Assembly: GCF_009914755.1 (NCBI RefSeq)
Contig: NC_060927.1
Direction: 5' to 3' (one strand)
Origin: the human T2T-CHM13v2.0 reference genome, Homo sapiens
Length of the DNA stretch: 64,000 nucleotides
Below the pieces are notes generated by a model. That model had not been told where the DNA came from. It searched no databases and saw nothing but the letters and a program-made list of their open reading frames with translations. Position 1 is the first letter of the stretch. Every line of letters starts with the position of its first letter. This document shows, one piece after another, positions 37,416 through 51,694 of the stretch. A program made the translations under genes and the position numbers.

Positions 37416-40400
37416 TTCAGAATATAGATGTAAAAGACAAATGATTTCCTATATAATCATATTGAGTAGCCTGAAAGTTTGGTGGCTCTTAAATAAATCC
37501 ATGAATGAAGGCTCTGCCTACTTTTGGCGTGTGGCCCACCAGCATGTTCTATCAGTTGGCCTGAGCTGGGAAAGAAACCAATTCCTGTGTTGAGTTTTCC
37601 TCCAGGTGCTTAAAATAGACCATAGCTTAATATTTTGATCATTAACCAGTGATTCTGGGTGGCTTCTCCTTGCTCTGGTCAGTGACCGGTGTAGGTCACG
37701 TAGTACAGCATTAAACAAGGTGTTTTTCCTCCTGAGGTTGTCATGTCAACTCTAAATTCCCAGAGACTTGCCTAGGAGTGGAGAGTTTGTTCTGAGTTAC
37801 ATAACCAGCATTCTCTTTGAGGCTTTGAATGTCTGTCTAACTGACTTCTGACTGCAGGCATGCAAACTTTTCCCCTGCCTAGTAGGAATGAATACCCCTT
37901 TTCCAAGTATCTGCATAGCAGCGACCCAGGGGCTATCCAAGAGCCAGTTGCTTCCTGACTTAATTTCTGGGAAGACCAATTGCCTATTCAAGAGAAATTC
38001 CTTCCTCCTTATTCTTCTGTCAGATGAGACTAGCTATTAGGTATTCCCTATCTAGGACTCTGACCTGACTCTCCTAGAAAAGAAAATGAGGATCCAAGTC
38101 CATTCCGTTTAACTGGGGCTATAAACATATGCCACCAGAAAAATCCTGCTATTCTGGCTTATTATAACTTTAGGTTCTCCTTTCTAACACAATACTATCT
38201 TTATAACATGTACACACCTTTCCTTGGTATTCAGTTGTAGTGTTTATATGTTCAAAATCCTTCTAATTTAGCCCCAACTAAAGTTTCCAGTATATATTTG
38301 CAGGCCCCTTTTACTGCACCATCTTCAGTAAAATGCATATTTCTCTTTCTTCAGCATAGGCTTCACCCTTAGAAGCTTGCTTTTCTCTGGATATTCATTT
38401 CCAGCAGGTCTCAGAGATAATGTACTGTATTGCATCTTTTTCTGTTGGAGACTAGAATGCAGTTAGCAGGTGCAGCTTGTTATAATAACTGCAGATTCAG
38501 ATTTTTTCTCTCTGTAAATACTGTTAAATGTCCCCTCAGAGGCTCATTTTAAAATTGAGTAACGAATGGGGGCTTGTTTTTCCTTAGTCCTCGATCTTGG
38601 AATCTTAGAGTCTGTCATTGCACATTGCTGCTTACCATTTAGAGTTCAAACCACTAATTCCCAAGTGATAAGAGATTAAGATACAAACCTGAGATAGGCA
38701 AATGTACACTTGCAGCTTCCTTGCTTTAATACTTCTGTTTCAGGTGGGATGTCTTCTCCATGGCTATCCAGGTCTGTCCTAGACACCACCTTCGAGAAAT
38801 GAGATCCTTTCTATCTAATTTAACCTAGATTAGAGACATCACCAAGAACACCTTCTGAAGGTGAAAACCTTTTACCTTTTCTTTTTGTCCCATACTCTAT
38901 ATTCCTTAACTGCAATCACTACAATATCCTGTCAATTACACAAAATTAATGTTACTATGACCAACTTTGATAATATTTCTATTTCCAAATTGACAAATTA
39001 TATTCCTAATCTAATTACATTCATGCAAAGCTAGTAGCTCTGTAGTTATATCAACTTGGCAACAAGGAAAATAAACTTAGTTTAAAAAAAGACTCAAAAA
39101 GTTAAATCACTTTTGTAAAAGACCCAGAAAAAATATATATATATAATCATATAACTATTATAATACATAAATATATAAATGTTATATAAATATAATACAT
39201 ATTTATTATAGATAATAAGTGAAAAGGGTGAAATTGATGGAGTCAGAGCTTAGAAATCTTGTTAGTGTGGTGGGAGGAGAGAAAGGTGAGGAGTAGTCAG
39301 ATTATGAAGAATTCCGTCAGAGTAGTATGTTCTGAGTTGCAAATTCAGGGGTGGAACAGAAAGTTCTGGGTGATAAGTGCAGGAATCTATGGAAATGCTA
39401 CGCTGAGTGGAGTAAAAGTAACTAGTTTTGGAGTTCTTGACTTTTTCTTCCTAGAGTTTTAGATTTGCTGATAAGAGAGGAGGAAGGGACATAGAAAACT
39501 CAGATGACCCAAGTGGCAAGCATTTCTTAAATATTTCAGACCCATAAAGGTACAAATTATACTCTAACTCAACCTTATATGCCCTATCCAGCTCAAATAC
39601 TATTGACATTCGCTAGGTACCATTTCGTGTAGGAGCAAGGGTCACTCTAGAATAAACTTAGATTCTCACAGTGAGATACAGAATCCCTAAAGGTACAGGA
39701 GCGATGGCTTGGAAAGAGCACAGTTGGATGACGAGAGTCCCAGCTTTATTTTCAGATTCCAGTGTGGCGAGAAGACGGGAAAATGAGCAACTCTTCTTAA
39801 GAAAAAGGAGATAGGGAAATGGCGCTTTGGGGAAAGAATTGAGTTCCATCTGAGGAGGGAAAGCAGCAGGAATCTGAGCAGGTTTTGGGTAACAGGCAGT
39901 TTATTGGGTAATGATGTTTTCAGAGTACACAAGGAAGAGGTTTGAAAGGACCAACAGAAGGGGAAGGCTGGGTGGGTCGAGGGGAAACAGCACAGAACCT
40001 GGGAGAGACAGTGTGGGAGAAGATGAGTAAGCAAGCGTCCTGTTCACAGCATGAAGTACCAGCTTTTGCAGAGACAGGAGGCAGGGTGGGAAGAAACAGC
40101 CCAGGGAATTCAAGGACAACCTGCCATGGGGTTTCACTGTATGCCTTTGTTTCATAGCAAGGATTTCACCACAAGGAGTTGATGAGTCAAAGATTCAGGT
40201 GCAAGTGATTTATTAAAATAGTGCTCTTAGACGAAACCAGTTAGGGGGTAGAGAAAGCCAGAGTGATGGGTAGATTAGGAATATAAACCAGGTGAGCCAA
40301 TAATAGGAAAAGCATGGTTTGCTGGGGCTTCCAGGAAATAAGCTTCTCTCCTTAATAAGAAGCGCTGGTGAAGCTCCAGTTCTTTTCGTCTGGGTTTAGC

Positions 40401-42290
40401 GGTGTGTGAGGTCAGGCCTGAAACATCTACAGCCACTTCATTATCACGAGGGAAGCTAGGTTGTGTATAAGGTAAACCCACAGGAGGCAAAGCAGAGACG
40501 TGAAACCTAGTGACATACGTCCTGGGTAGAGCTGGCCAGAGGCTCCTAGAAGCCTCAGTTATGTTTCTCAGAAGATTCCCTTTGTTGTCTAAGCCAGTTC
40601 CAGGATGTTGCTCTTATTGCTTGTAACAGAAATCTAAATTCCCAAACACTTTATTTTAATAATGCTGTCATATTTATCTAAATGTTCTTTAATCTGGGAA
40701 TTGAGAGTAATCAAAAATGACTAATGACATCAAATATTTACGTTTAGCTTCTAACACAGCTGAAATATTTCATAGCAGTACAATGAAATGAGAGAATTTC
40801 CTTTCTCTCATTTTCACTGAAATTTTCTCTTCCTTTCACTGGAAAGGAAGGAATTATACATGCACAATATCTCTTCTAATTTATGTCTTCTGATCTTGGA
40901 GTTAGTCTCCTTAAAATTTGAGTGTGAGGAGACCTAGGCCCTCCAAACCAATGTTCCCTATTGAATTTAGCGTTTTATTTTATATGCAAAACATTATATC
41001 CTAAGTGTGCTTTGTAGATTACATTTCTAATTCCTGTTCACTCTTGTGCTTTTAGTGTTGCATGCTCTGACATAGTTCTGCAAGCTGTCTTTGAAAAGCT
41101 TTTTACCTCTTCTTTTTACTGTACTTTTGTCTTCCCTGTGAATTCCAGAGACGTGACTGCAGAAATAGATGACTGAATACTAAGTATGTATAGGTTCTAT
41201 TTTCCCACTTTTATTTACGTTTCTGAGGATTCCAAACACGTTTGTTGTTCTTGAGGCATTTCTTCTAGAGTTATCTTCTTACAGTCTTTTTTATTAAGGT
41301 AACTCCAGTTCAATTCTTACCCCTTAGTTCCTCCCCACCCCACCACAATTTTCCTCCCCTGCCCCCAATTATTTCAATTGTCCTTGTCTCTTATATTCCT
41401 ATTTTCTTCCGTAGGCTAATTTGAGAGACTGCATTGTTTCTCTTTCCCTTTTGGAAGTTGAGGGTGGCCCGTGGTAGTTTTAATCTGCTTGGCAAATTCT
41501 TGTAATCTTTTCTCATAAGGATTCTACCCCTTTCTCCCTCAACTCAAGCAGCCTCAAGGTCATCTTGCCTCCTCCTTTCTTCTTGGAACCAAGCAGCATG
41601 CTTTACTTTTCACTTCTTCCTGCTTGCTACCTTAACTCCTCTATTGTTTCTCTTCTGCTTCTAAATTGGTTTCATCCGAGTGACTCGAGTGACTCGCATT
41701 TACCAAGTATTGCCTATGAGCTCTGTGGTTTGTGTGCTGCCTGTACAATATAAAAGGTAATCCACATAACTGAGCTGAGGTAGTGGGTTGATATTCTCAT
41801 TTTAGAAGAAAGTTGAGATATGCTATAGTTTAGGAAATAAGACAAGTAATCTAGATTTGATTTCTGTGTTGCTATTTATATTAGTAATCTAATTCACACA
41901 AGAATGTATACTTGTGAGTTACATAGATCTGATTTTTATAGTAGGGAAATGAATATTAACATGAAGATTAAACAGTCTGACTTTAAAATGGTATATAAAT
42001 GAGTTTGAAAGAGAAAATACCTGATTTCATTTTCTGTTCTGTTGTAGTAGGAGGGTTAGTCTTTCGATAACAGGTCTGAAATAGCATGATACCTGGAAAC
42101 CATGATTACTGGAAACTGTAAATATTTTACCATCCAGGGTTCAACCTCCTACCCCTTATTCTCCTGACAGTACGCTGAGACAAACATTTTATTAACTAAC
42201 ATCTCTCTCAACATTTTCCCCTGCTAATTGCATTTTGATTGGTTCAAATTCCGTGTGGGGATTCCTTGATTCTGACAGTACAAGACATTC

Positions 42291-42600
42291 AGTTCTCTTC
42301 AAGTCATGTAATCGACTTTTTTGAATTAGTTTTCAGTTTCATTTTGTTTTCCCTAATTCAAGTTGGGAACACTTCATTTTCCCCAATTCAAGTTGGGAAC
42401 ACTTCCTTGGTATTTCCTTGCTACATGGACTTTAGCAAATGCTACTTTACTCTCCTTCCAGCTACTCAGGAGGCTGAGGCAGGAGAATCGCTTGAACCCG
42501 GGAGGCGGAGGTTACAGTGAGCCTTTTCCTAGTTTTACTGTTGGAAGCCTAACTCACAGGAGAGATTATGCAATACAGTCCTGAAGTCAAGGGAGGAGAG
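42291..42600 (+). other. HHLA2: Alternative first (5'UTR) exon of HHLA2 containing an Alu fragment
   Basis: AGTTCTCTTCAAGTCATGTAATCGAC...GGGAGGAGAG matches the recalled leader of the originally described HHLA2 mRNA. Donor GAG|GTAGGA at 42600/42601. Confidence 0.85.
42458..42523 (+). mobile_element. 66-bp internal Alu right-arm fragment
   Basis: CCAGCTACTCAGGAGGCTGAGGCAGGAGAATCGCTTGAACCCGGGAGGCGGAGGTTACAGTGAGCC. No head, tail or clear TSD. Confidence 0.95.
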
Positions 42601-44044
42601 GTAGGAAGGGAGAGGGGAAAAGAAGTTCCTTGAGGGCATTTACTAGAAATGCCTCCTGGTGCTGCCTTTTCTGTTCTGGGCTAGCTGTCTCCTTGAAAAC
42701 AGCACACACTAATAGGAAATTTAAAAAAAATCCTGGACTCGGTATGCTCTGTTGTCTTTTGTGGAGAAGTCAAAGCACCTTCTTTTTCTTCTCCACCCAT
42801 GCCCCATCTCTTTGTTGCTTGTTTAGGCAAAAAAGTAAAATATTTCTTCCCCTTATTTGGCATTCAACTGCTTAATTCAGTTATGTCTTGGTTCTGAGTT
42901 TTCTGTATCAACTTTTCCTACAATGTGGAAACTTTAGATCAACAGATTCAATTCTGTCTTCATTTTAGAAAAGTTTTCTTACATTGTATTTATGTATCAA
43001 CTCCTTGATTTGATGAGTTCTTGACTTCAGGGGCCAATATCAATTATCCTAATACTGTGTCATTTATGTGCTATAATGTAACCTCATCTAATTGCATTCA
43101 ATTTATGTTCTATAGCTCAACCTCATCTAGTGCATTCATCTCTTTCATCTGAATTCATGAAGATATCACAAATCTTCCTCTACTTTGGCTTTCAGTGATA
43201 TCACTTCTGTACTTTGCTAGCTCTACATTCTTATTAGTTATCTCTAGAAATTTTAGTCCATATTTTGTTTCCTCATATCTACAATCCTCTTCTCATCCTA
43301 TCATTTTGTTTAGCTTGTTTTTGAGTACTTGTTTTGTTGTGTACATATGCTGGTCATTAATTTCTAATATAAAACATATAATTATTTTGTATATTTTTTT
43401 CTAGAGGGTATAGACCTAATTTAAGTGAAGTTTTCCTTTCTGTTCTTTGAACTGTTTTATTCCAGGTTGGGCTTTATTTTTTGGTCACTTGCATGCCATT
43501 CCTGTACCCCACCTATTTTGGATTATAGTGTATATTATGTAGCATGTCAGTTTTTTATTTTGCCCAGTTAGTGGCCAGGTAATTAAATCAGTTCTGACAT
43601 AGTAGGTACGTGATGGGCTCTCGATTTTTTTTTCTCATTTTGTCTGAGACCTATAATCCATTATTGCAACCACCATCGCCACCACCTCACAGCAGGTGAC
43701 TCTGGTGGTTGGGTATTTTGTGTTCTCTCATTTGCTTAGGCTGAGTTATTGGCAGGGGTGGAAATAAACTTTTTGTTAGATAATTGAACTGACTCTCATT
43801 TTTGGACCTACTGAATATCACATTCCAATGTTTATATCATTTAGTTGGTGGTGTGTATACGCGTGTGTAGTGTTCTAAAGGGGAATGCACTGGCGTTTTG
43901 AGTGGCTTCTCTCTGTTCAATGTATCATTGTATAAGCTATGCTCCCATTGTCATGTCAACGCCATTGTTTATGTTCCCATTTGTTTCCTACTCCTTCCCA
44001 GTCAAGAAAGAAAGAAGAAAGATTTCTCTCCAAATTTAGGCATT

Positions 44045-44421
44045 GTGTTACTTTCCTCAGGCTCCTTTAACAAACTACCACAAATATGGTGGCTTAAATT
44101 AAGAAAAACATATCCTCTCAGTTCTGAAGGCTAGAAGTCCAAAATCAAGGTGTTGGCAGGCCCACACTTCTGAAGATTCTAGGGGAGAATCCTTCCTTGT
44201 TCTGCCAACTTCTGGCGACTCCTGGTGTTCCTTGTCTTGTGTCAATATAAGTTCAGTCTCTGCCACCGTCTGTGTCTCCTTTCATACCTCTCATAGGACT
44301 TAAGACACAGCCTAATCCAGTATGATTTCATATCAGTCTTCACCTTAATTACATCTACAAAGACCTATTTTCAAATAAGCTCCCATTCTGAGGTTCTAGG
44401 TGGATGTGAAATTTTGAAGAA
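44045..44421 (-). mobile_element. MLT1B/C-type MaLR LTR
   Basis: ACAAACTACCACAAA...CAGTTCTGAAGGCTAGAAGTCCAAAATCAAGGTGTTGGCAGG...CCACTACA. Confidence 0.85.
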
Positions 44422-46665
44422 CAACCAGTCGATCCACTACAAATATATTAGAAAGGACTTTCAGGGCTTCAGCAACACACCACAAATCTACTGTGTCTGA
44501 GAGTGGGCTTCACCTCCCTACTAATGGTCTGTTCTGCAGATCGCTAATCTCTCTAGATCTGGTAAATTGCTCCTTCAGCCCAGGATGTTAGGGTACTTGT
44601 CCATGTTGCTAGTCTTGGGGGTACAGCATCATTCTTGTTAGTTTCACTTAACCCTGCCTGCAGCTGTATAAATAGTCACATTAGTAAACTATTGATGATT
44701 ACCACAATATGTTGTCATATTTGCTGCCTGAGTAGGATTACTGGTTGACTTTGCATCCTTGCCTTATAATTGATTTTTACAGGGACTATTTCTAATGTTT
44801 CCCCATTGAAGATTCTGTCTGTTTTTATAGGGTTTTCAGACATATTCTTTGTCACATTAAAACCTTTTACTCATCAATGAGGAATTTGCAATTACTTTGT
44901 ACATTATCTATTTTTTTCTGCATGGATTCAGATGATTGGTTTTTCAACTCTAATCTGCTTAATATGCTTTTAGCCTGGGTTTTCTAGAAAACAGAACCTG
45001 AGCAAGGATTAAAATGCTGATGCTTTATATGGGAGGTTAAAAACTCAGGGCTGTGAGAGAGAAGGAAAGCGGAAGCAAGGCAAGGGAAGATGGGCAGCTT
45101 TGTAAACGGACAGATTACCATGCTGGCTACTGCTTCACGAGTAGTCAGAAAGACCCAGCAATTCTCTTGGTCGTAGCATTCATCAGTGTGAAGGACTTTT
45201 CTGAATGGGAATGTAGAAAACCGTGCCTCAAAGTCCTCCACGGGAGGAAAGAAGATGGGGGGATTCATCTGCCCAGATCTAGTCGTTCCTGTTGGTTAAA
45301 ATTTACCTCACAGGAAATAAGCAGTTCCATATATCCCAATGTCATCATCTAGTCCCTTTAATAGCAGCTCAGAGTGCTGAGTCCCATGCCCTGCTGTATA
45401 GAGTTCCATTCCATTCCAGAAGTATCAGGAGGAACCAGACACTCCAGGTACATGCCTGGTTGGCTCAGCTCTGGGTGGTGGCCAAGGAGGAAGGCTTGGC
45501 ACTCTCAGGGCAAATGACTCAACAGAGCCTCACAGTGACAGTTAAGGTCAGTGACACATTTGAGCCAAGGAAATCTGAGGCACACAGACTTTGGTCTGAT
45601 ACATGTGATAAATCACATTTATAAATCTTCTAATGGTAAATCTTCTTTGGATTCCTGGAGAAAACCCAACTTGGTCACTGTGGCAGCCATGAAAATGTGG
45701 GCTCACATCTGCTGTGGGGAGTGTGGGTGATTGCAGCCCCAGGTGCTGCTGTCTGGATCATCACCACCTTTGTGTCATGGCCATGACTGATCTCAGCTGA
45801 TGCTCCACTGATTATTCATTCCCTCAGTGATTGAGCACAGTGGCAAGGCTAACAAGGGACTCCTCTAATGGATGACTTTGGTGCAAGGGTTCCCCAGTCA
45901 TCTAACAAAACTTTCTTAGAACTGCTGCAAGCCTGACGTTCCTTTCACTCCATTTCCACCCTTCCTCTCTCCTTTAACATCACAGTTGGAAAGTTCTCCT
46001 CACTTCTGCTTTCCCCCTTTATCCTTCACAGGAATTTTCCTCACTAGCATCCCTTGAATATCGTGTCCCATCTTAGTGTCTGCTTCTTGTAGAACGTGAT
46101 TAGCACAGTCATAATACATTATCTGTTTTAATATTGTTAGATTTGGTTTACAACATTTTGTCCAGATTTTCATATCTCTTTTCCTGAGTGAAATAGATTA
46201 TCTTCTGTCCTCATACAGTCTTTTCCTGGGTTTAAATAATGCTGTCCTTGAAGTTTGGTAGAATTTGTCTGGAAAACCATCTGGGCCTGCTCGAGCTCTC
46301 CCTCTCTCTCCCTCTGTGCGTGTGTGTGAAGGTTTTAAACTGCTATCCAATTTCTTTAATAATTATAGGACTCTTTAAGATTTCTATTTTGTGTGTATGT
46401 CAGTTAAGGAAAGATTCTCAGAAAACTGTTTTTAAATCCACTGGCAGAATGTTGCTGATACTATTATCTTTTCACATCTCTGCTTTATCTGTAGTTAGGC
46501 CAACTTTTTTAACATACTACATTTTCTCACTTCATTTTGCCAGAAGTTTGTCTATTGTCAATTTGTAGTCTTGTTAATCAATTTTTGACTTCAACCTTTT
46601 CCATTGTATATATATATATTTTTCTATTTTATTTCCACTGTTATATTTTCCTGCTACTTTTTTGA

Positions 46666-46927
<262 letters not shown>

Positions 46928-47159
46928 CTTTTTAAAAAAATTTTTCTAACTTAGATTTTATACTCATTTAATATCTGCTTACCTTTATTCCTTTTTAATA
47001 CAAATGTTTGATTAAATTCTCCTTAAAACTGCTTTTATTGTATTCTACCTCTTTGTATATGTTGTGCTTTTTCATTTGGTTCTGAGTAATAACCATTTTT
47101 ATGTTAGAATAATTTTAGAGTTACAGAAAAGTTATGAAGATATTATAAGAGTTCTTGTT

Positions 47160-47455
<296 letters not shown>

Positions 47456-47660
47456 GAGTTCTTGTTAACTTTTGCCCAGCTTCCACTTTGTTAACATTGT
47501 ATATACATGGTTCATTTGTCAAAACTTAAGAAATTATCATGGTACAATACTACTAACTAAACTACAGATTCTATTTGAAGGTCACCAGTTTTCCCAGTAA
47601 CTTCCTTTTTCTGTTTCAGGATCCAATCCAGAATACCACAATGCATTTAGTAATTAGGTC

Positions 47661-49290
47661 TTTTTTTTTATTTTCAATTTTAATTTTTGTGGGTACATAA
47701 CAGGTATATATATGTATGAGATACATGAAATGTTTTAATACATGCATGCAATGTAAAATAAGGACATCATGGAGAATGGGGTATCCATCCTATTAAGCAT
47801 TTGTCCTTTGAATTACAAATAATTCAATTACACTCTTAAAATTATTTTAAAATGTACAATTATGTTATTGATTATAGTCACTCTGTTGTGCTACCACATA
47901 ATAGGTCTTATTGATTCTTTCTAATTATTTTTTGTACCCATTAACCATCCCCACCTTCCCCGCAACCACCACTACCCTTCCCAGCCTCTGGTAACAAACC
48001 TACTCTCCAGGCCCATGAGTTTAATGGTTTTGATTTTTAGATCCAACAAATGAGTGAGAACATGTGACGTTTGTCTTTCTGTGCCTGGCTTATTTCACTT
48101 AACATAATAATCTCCAGCTCCATCCATGTCGTTGCAACTAATTGGATCTCATTCTTTTTTATGGCTGAATAGTTACTCCATTGTATATATGTACCACATT
48201 TTCTTTTATCCATTTATCTGTTGATGGACACTTACGTTGCTTCCAAATCTTAGCTATTATGAGCAGTGCTGTAACAAACATAGCAGTGCAAATATCTCTT
48301 TGATATACTGATTTCCTTTCTCTTGGGTATATACCCAGCAGTGGGATTGCTGGATCATACAGTAGTACAATTTTTAGTTTTTTAGGAACCTCCAAACTTT
48401 TCTTCATACTGTTGTACTAATTTAGATTCCCACCAACAAGGTATGAGCATTCCCTTTTCTCCACATCCTTGCCAGCATTTGTTATTGCCTGTCTTTTGGA
48501 TAGAAGCCATTTTAACGGGGGTGAGATGATATCTCATTATAGTTTTGATTTGCATTTCTCTGATCAGTGATGTTGAGCACCTTTTCATATGCCTGTTTGC
48601 CATTTGTACATCTTCTGAGATATGTCTATTCAAATCTTTTGCCCATTTTTTTAAATTGGATTATTAGATTTTTTCCTATAGAGTTATTTGAGCTCCTTAT
48701 ATAGTCTGGTGATGAATCCCTTGTCAGAGGGGTAGTTTGCAAATATTTTCTCCCATTCTGTGGGTTGTCTCTTCACTTTGTTGATTGTTTCCTTTGCTAT
48801 GCGGAAGCTTTTTAACTTGATGTGATCCCATTTGTCCATTTTTGCTTTGGTTGCCTGTGCTTGTGGGGTATTGCTCAAGAAATTTTTCCCCAGACCAATG
48901 TCCTAGAGATTTTCCCCAGTGTTTCTTGTAACCGTTTCATGGTTTGAGGTCTTAGATTTAAGTCTTTAATCCACTTTTATTTGATTTTTGTATATGGCAA
49001 GAGGTAGGGTTCTAGTTTCAGTCTTCTGCATATGGATATCCAGTTTTGCAAGCACCATATATTGAAGAGACTATCTTTTCCCCAGTGAATGTTCTTGGTA
49101 CCTTTGTTGAAAATGAATTTACTGTACATGTGTAGATTTTTTTCTGGGTTTTCTATTCTGTTCCACTGGTCTATGTGTCTGTTTTTATGCAAGTACCACA
49201 CTGTTTTGACTATTATAGCTCTGTAGCATAATTTAAAATCAGGTAATGTGATTCCTCCTGTTTTGTTCTGTTTGCTTAGGATGGCTCTGG
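47661..49290 (-). mobile_element. 5'-truncated L1MA-type LINE
   Basis: Minus-strand ORFs in 48159-49201 are ORF2 C-terminal pieces. L1MA 3'UTR. Approximate TSD TAGTAATTAGGTCTT / TAGCAGTTAGGTCTT. Confidence 0.92.
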
Positions 49291-50461
49291 TAGCAGTTAG
49301 GTCTTCTTAGTCTTCTCCAAACTTCAAGTTTCTCCTTTTTTGTTTTTTTGTGACCTTGACAGTTTTGAGGTATAATGCTCAGGTAATTTGTAGACTATCT
49401 TCAATTTGACTTTGTCTTATGTTTTTCTCATTATTAGACTGGGGTTGTGGGTTTTGTGGCAGAGTACTACACAGGTGTAGTGCCCTTATCACATGTAGGG
49501 ATACATAATAGCAACATGACTTACTGATAATGTTAATCTCAATCACATGGTTAAAGTAATGTCTGTCAGGGTTTTCCATTATAAAATTACTATTTTTTCC
49601 CCCATGCTCTAGTTGTTGGAACTGAATGACTAAATCCAGCCCACACTCAAGGGGAGGGAAATTAAGCTGCCCACCTCTTGGAGGAGGGTAGTATGTTTAT
49701 ATATATTATTTGAAATTATTTGGTATGGAAAAAAGTTATGTATTCAACCATTTATGCACATTAGTGGATTATTTATATTACATGGATTTTTTATTTTTTG
49801 GGTTATAATCTAATATTATAATTTATTTTGCTGCTTAAAATTTCTAGCTGCTTTGGTCATTACAGGCTCTTTAAAGTTGATGCCTGTGTCCTTTTGACAT
49901 ACCCCTACTTTTTAAAAATTAGCACTTTCTTTCTCCTCCTCATGACTCCCCAAATTTGTATTCTTATACCGCTTATATTTATCTAGATCAGAGAAAATAT
50001 ATTTTTCCAGAGAGAATTTAGGCTAAATTAATAAAAGATGTTATATTAGTCCCAGTTTTGATATTTATAGGAAAAATAAGTCTTACATGAATAAAAAGCA
50101 ATTATACATTTTACATATTACCTTCAGGGGAAACATACCCAAAGAATTCAAAATTCATCAAAAATACCTGTTAATATATTTGTGTTATTTTCATCCATCA
50201 TATTCTGTAGAGATTAATGACATATTGTTCCCCTCTTATTGGAAAAAATCAGCTGGCTTAATTGTTAATTTTTTTGAAATTTCTTGGCAAGTCAGAGTAA
50301 TTCATTTGGATTATCAAGAGAAATGTTCATAGTATAATGATCTGAATTCTGATTCTCACAAGTCATTAATCACTGAAAATGAACTGCATCCCACATCCAC
50401 ATTGGCAGTGAGAATAAATTTGCTTGTTTGTTATGATTATGGATTTGATTTCTCATCTCAG

Positions 50462-50548
50462 CACATATAGAACTGGATGCCCTTGTGGTACATCTCAAGG
50501 CTGATTTGAAAGCTTGAGAGACCATCGAGAATTGGATTTGGGGAAGAG
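50462..50548 (+). other. HHLA2: Internal non-coding (5'UTR) exon of HHLA2, 87 nt
   Basis: Acceptor TTTCTCATCTCAG| and consensus donor GAG|GTGAGT. All three frames contain stops. Matches the recalled leader sequence. Confidence 0.82.
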
Positions 50549-51591
50549 GTGAGTATTTGCTATACTATATTTTACTCTATGTGTATAAATTCCTTGAACA
50601 GAAAAATTTTAATACAACATTTAAAAGACATATTCAGTCATCATCTTTAGCACAAATGAAGTTTTGGCAAATGTATGCAGATATTCCTACACAAAAATAC
50701 TATTTCTTGCACAAGAAATAGTATTACCATTCACCAAAATGCACTATAAATCTGGTAGAGGGTTGTAACTTATAGACCTTCCATGTTGTTTTAAAGAAAT
50801 ATAGAATTAAGAACAATTACAGAAATCTGTTGTTTCTCACTTTACCAAGTGTAAATAGGGGTATATGTCTGTATCTAGCATATGTACTTAGGAAATTGTT
50901 CTACTCATAACAAACCTATGGTCTTTTATCAGCGGTGTGATTTGCAAGTAGTAGAGAACAACACCTGGGAAGCTTGTCTTTCTGTGTTTTCTAGTAAGCC
51001 TGTAATCATTTTGTTAAGCCCCTTGGGATGGCCTTGGTCTAAACTGCCTCTTGAGTAATCCCAAGTACTGACACAACTTTGCAAATAATAATCAAAGACA
51101 CATGTAAATATGCCAACTAAATTTGGACCTATGTTTAATGCTTACTTATGTTATTTAGTGCACAGTGAAATATTTAAAGTGATGGCTAACATTTTGAAAA
51201 CATCAAGTAATATCAAACATTAAGTATTATTTACCCAGATATAAGAAGGAGAAAATGGAAATTCAAGTGAGAGGAGCATCATGGTAAATCAGTCTGTGCC
51301 AAAATTATGAATGAAATGGAGCTTCATTCTTGATACTACCTTCAAAAATCCTCCAACTTTTCTAGAGCCAAGCTCTAGAAAAAGCTTATCCCTTTTTCTA
51401 GATTTAAGATTGGGTATTGGGCACAAGAAAGGAGTGTAGCTTTCAAGGTTGGTCTTTTCCATAGTTGAGAACTAGAAACTGAGCTAGAGAAATCATACAT
51501 GGTATATACACATTTGATTGCAGTAACTAGGGCCTGACATAGATTTGATTACTTCTATTTTAATCTCAAGAGATGTCTATGTCCCCAAACT

Positions 51592-51641
51592 AGTCTACTC
51601 TACATCATAGCAGAGAAAATGGACAAAACACAGCTGTTTTG
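51592..51641 (+). other. HHLA2: Proximal alternative first (5'UTR) exon of HHLA2
   Basis: ACTCTACATCATAGCAGAGAAAATGGACAAAACACAGCTGTTTTG|GTAAGT matches the recalled start of an HHLA2 transcript variant. Consensus donor. Confidence 0.82.
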
Positions 51642-51694
51642 GTAAGTATATAACTCACTTGGTATGAACAGAAGTGTGCAGATGTACTGCAGCG

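Noticed and set aside
42395-42406. NF-kB site GGGAACACTTCC
   Set aside because: The spacing does not fit GGGRNNYYCC.
43080-43140. Short direct repeats (AACCTCATCTA...; also AAGAGTGTATACAAT at 25539 and 25575)
   Set aside because: Small local duplications with no further structure.
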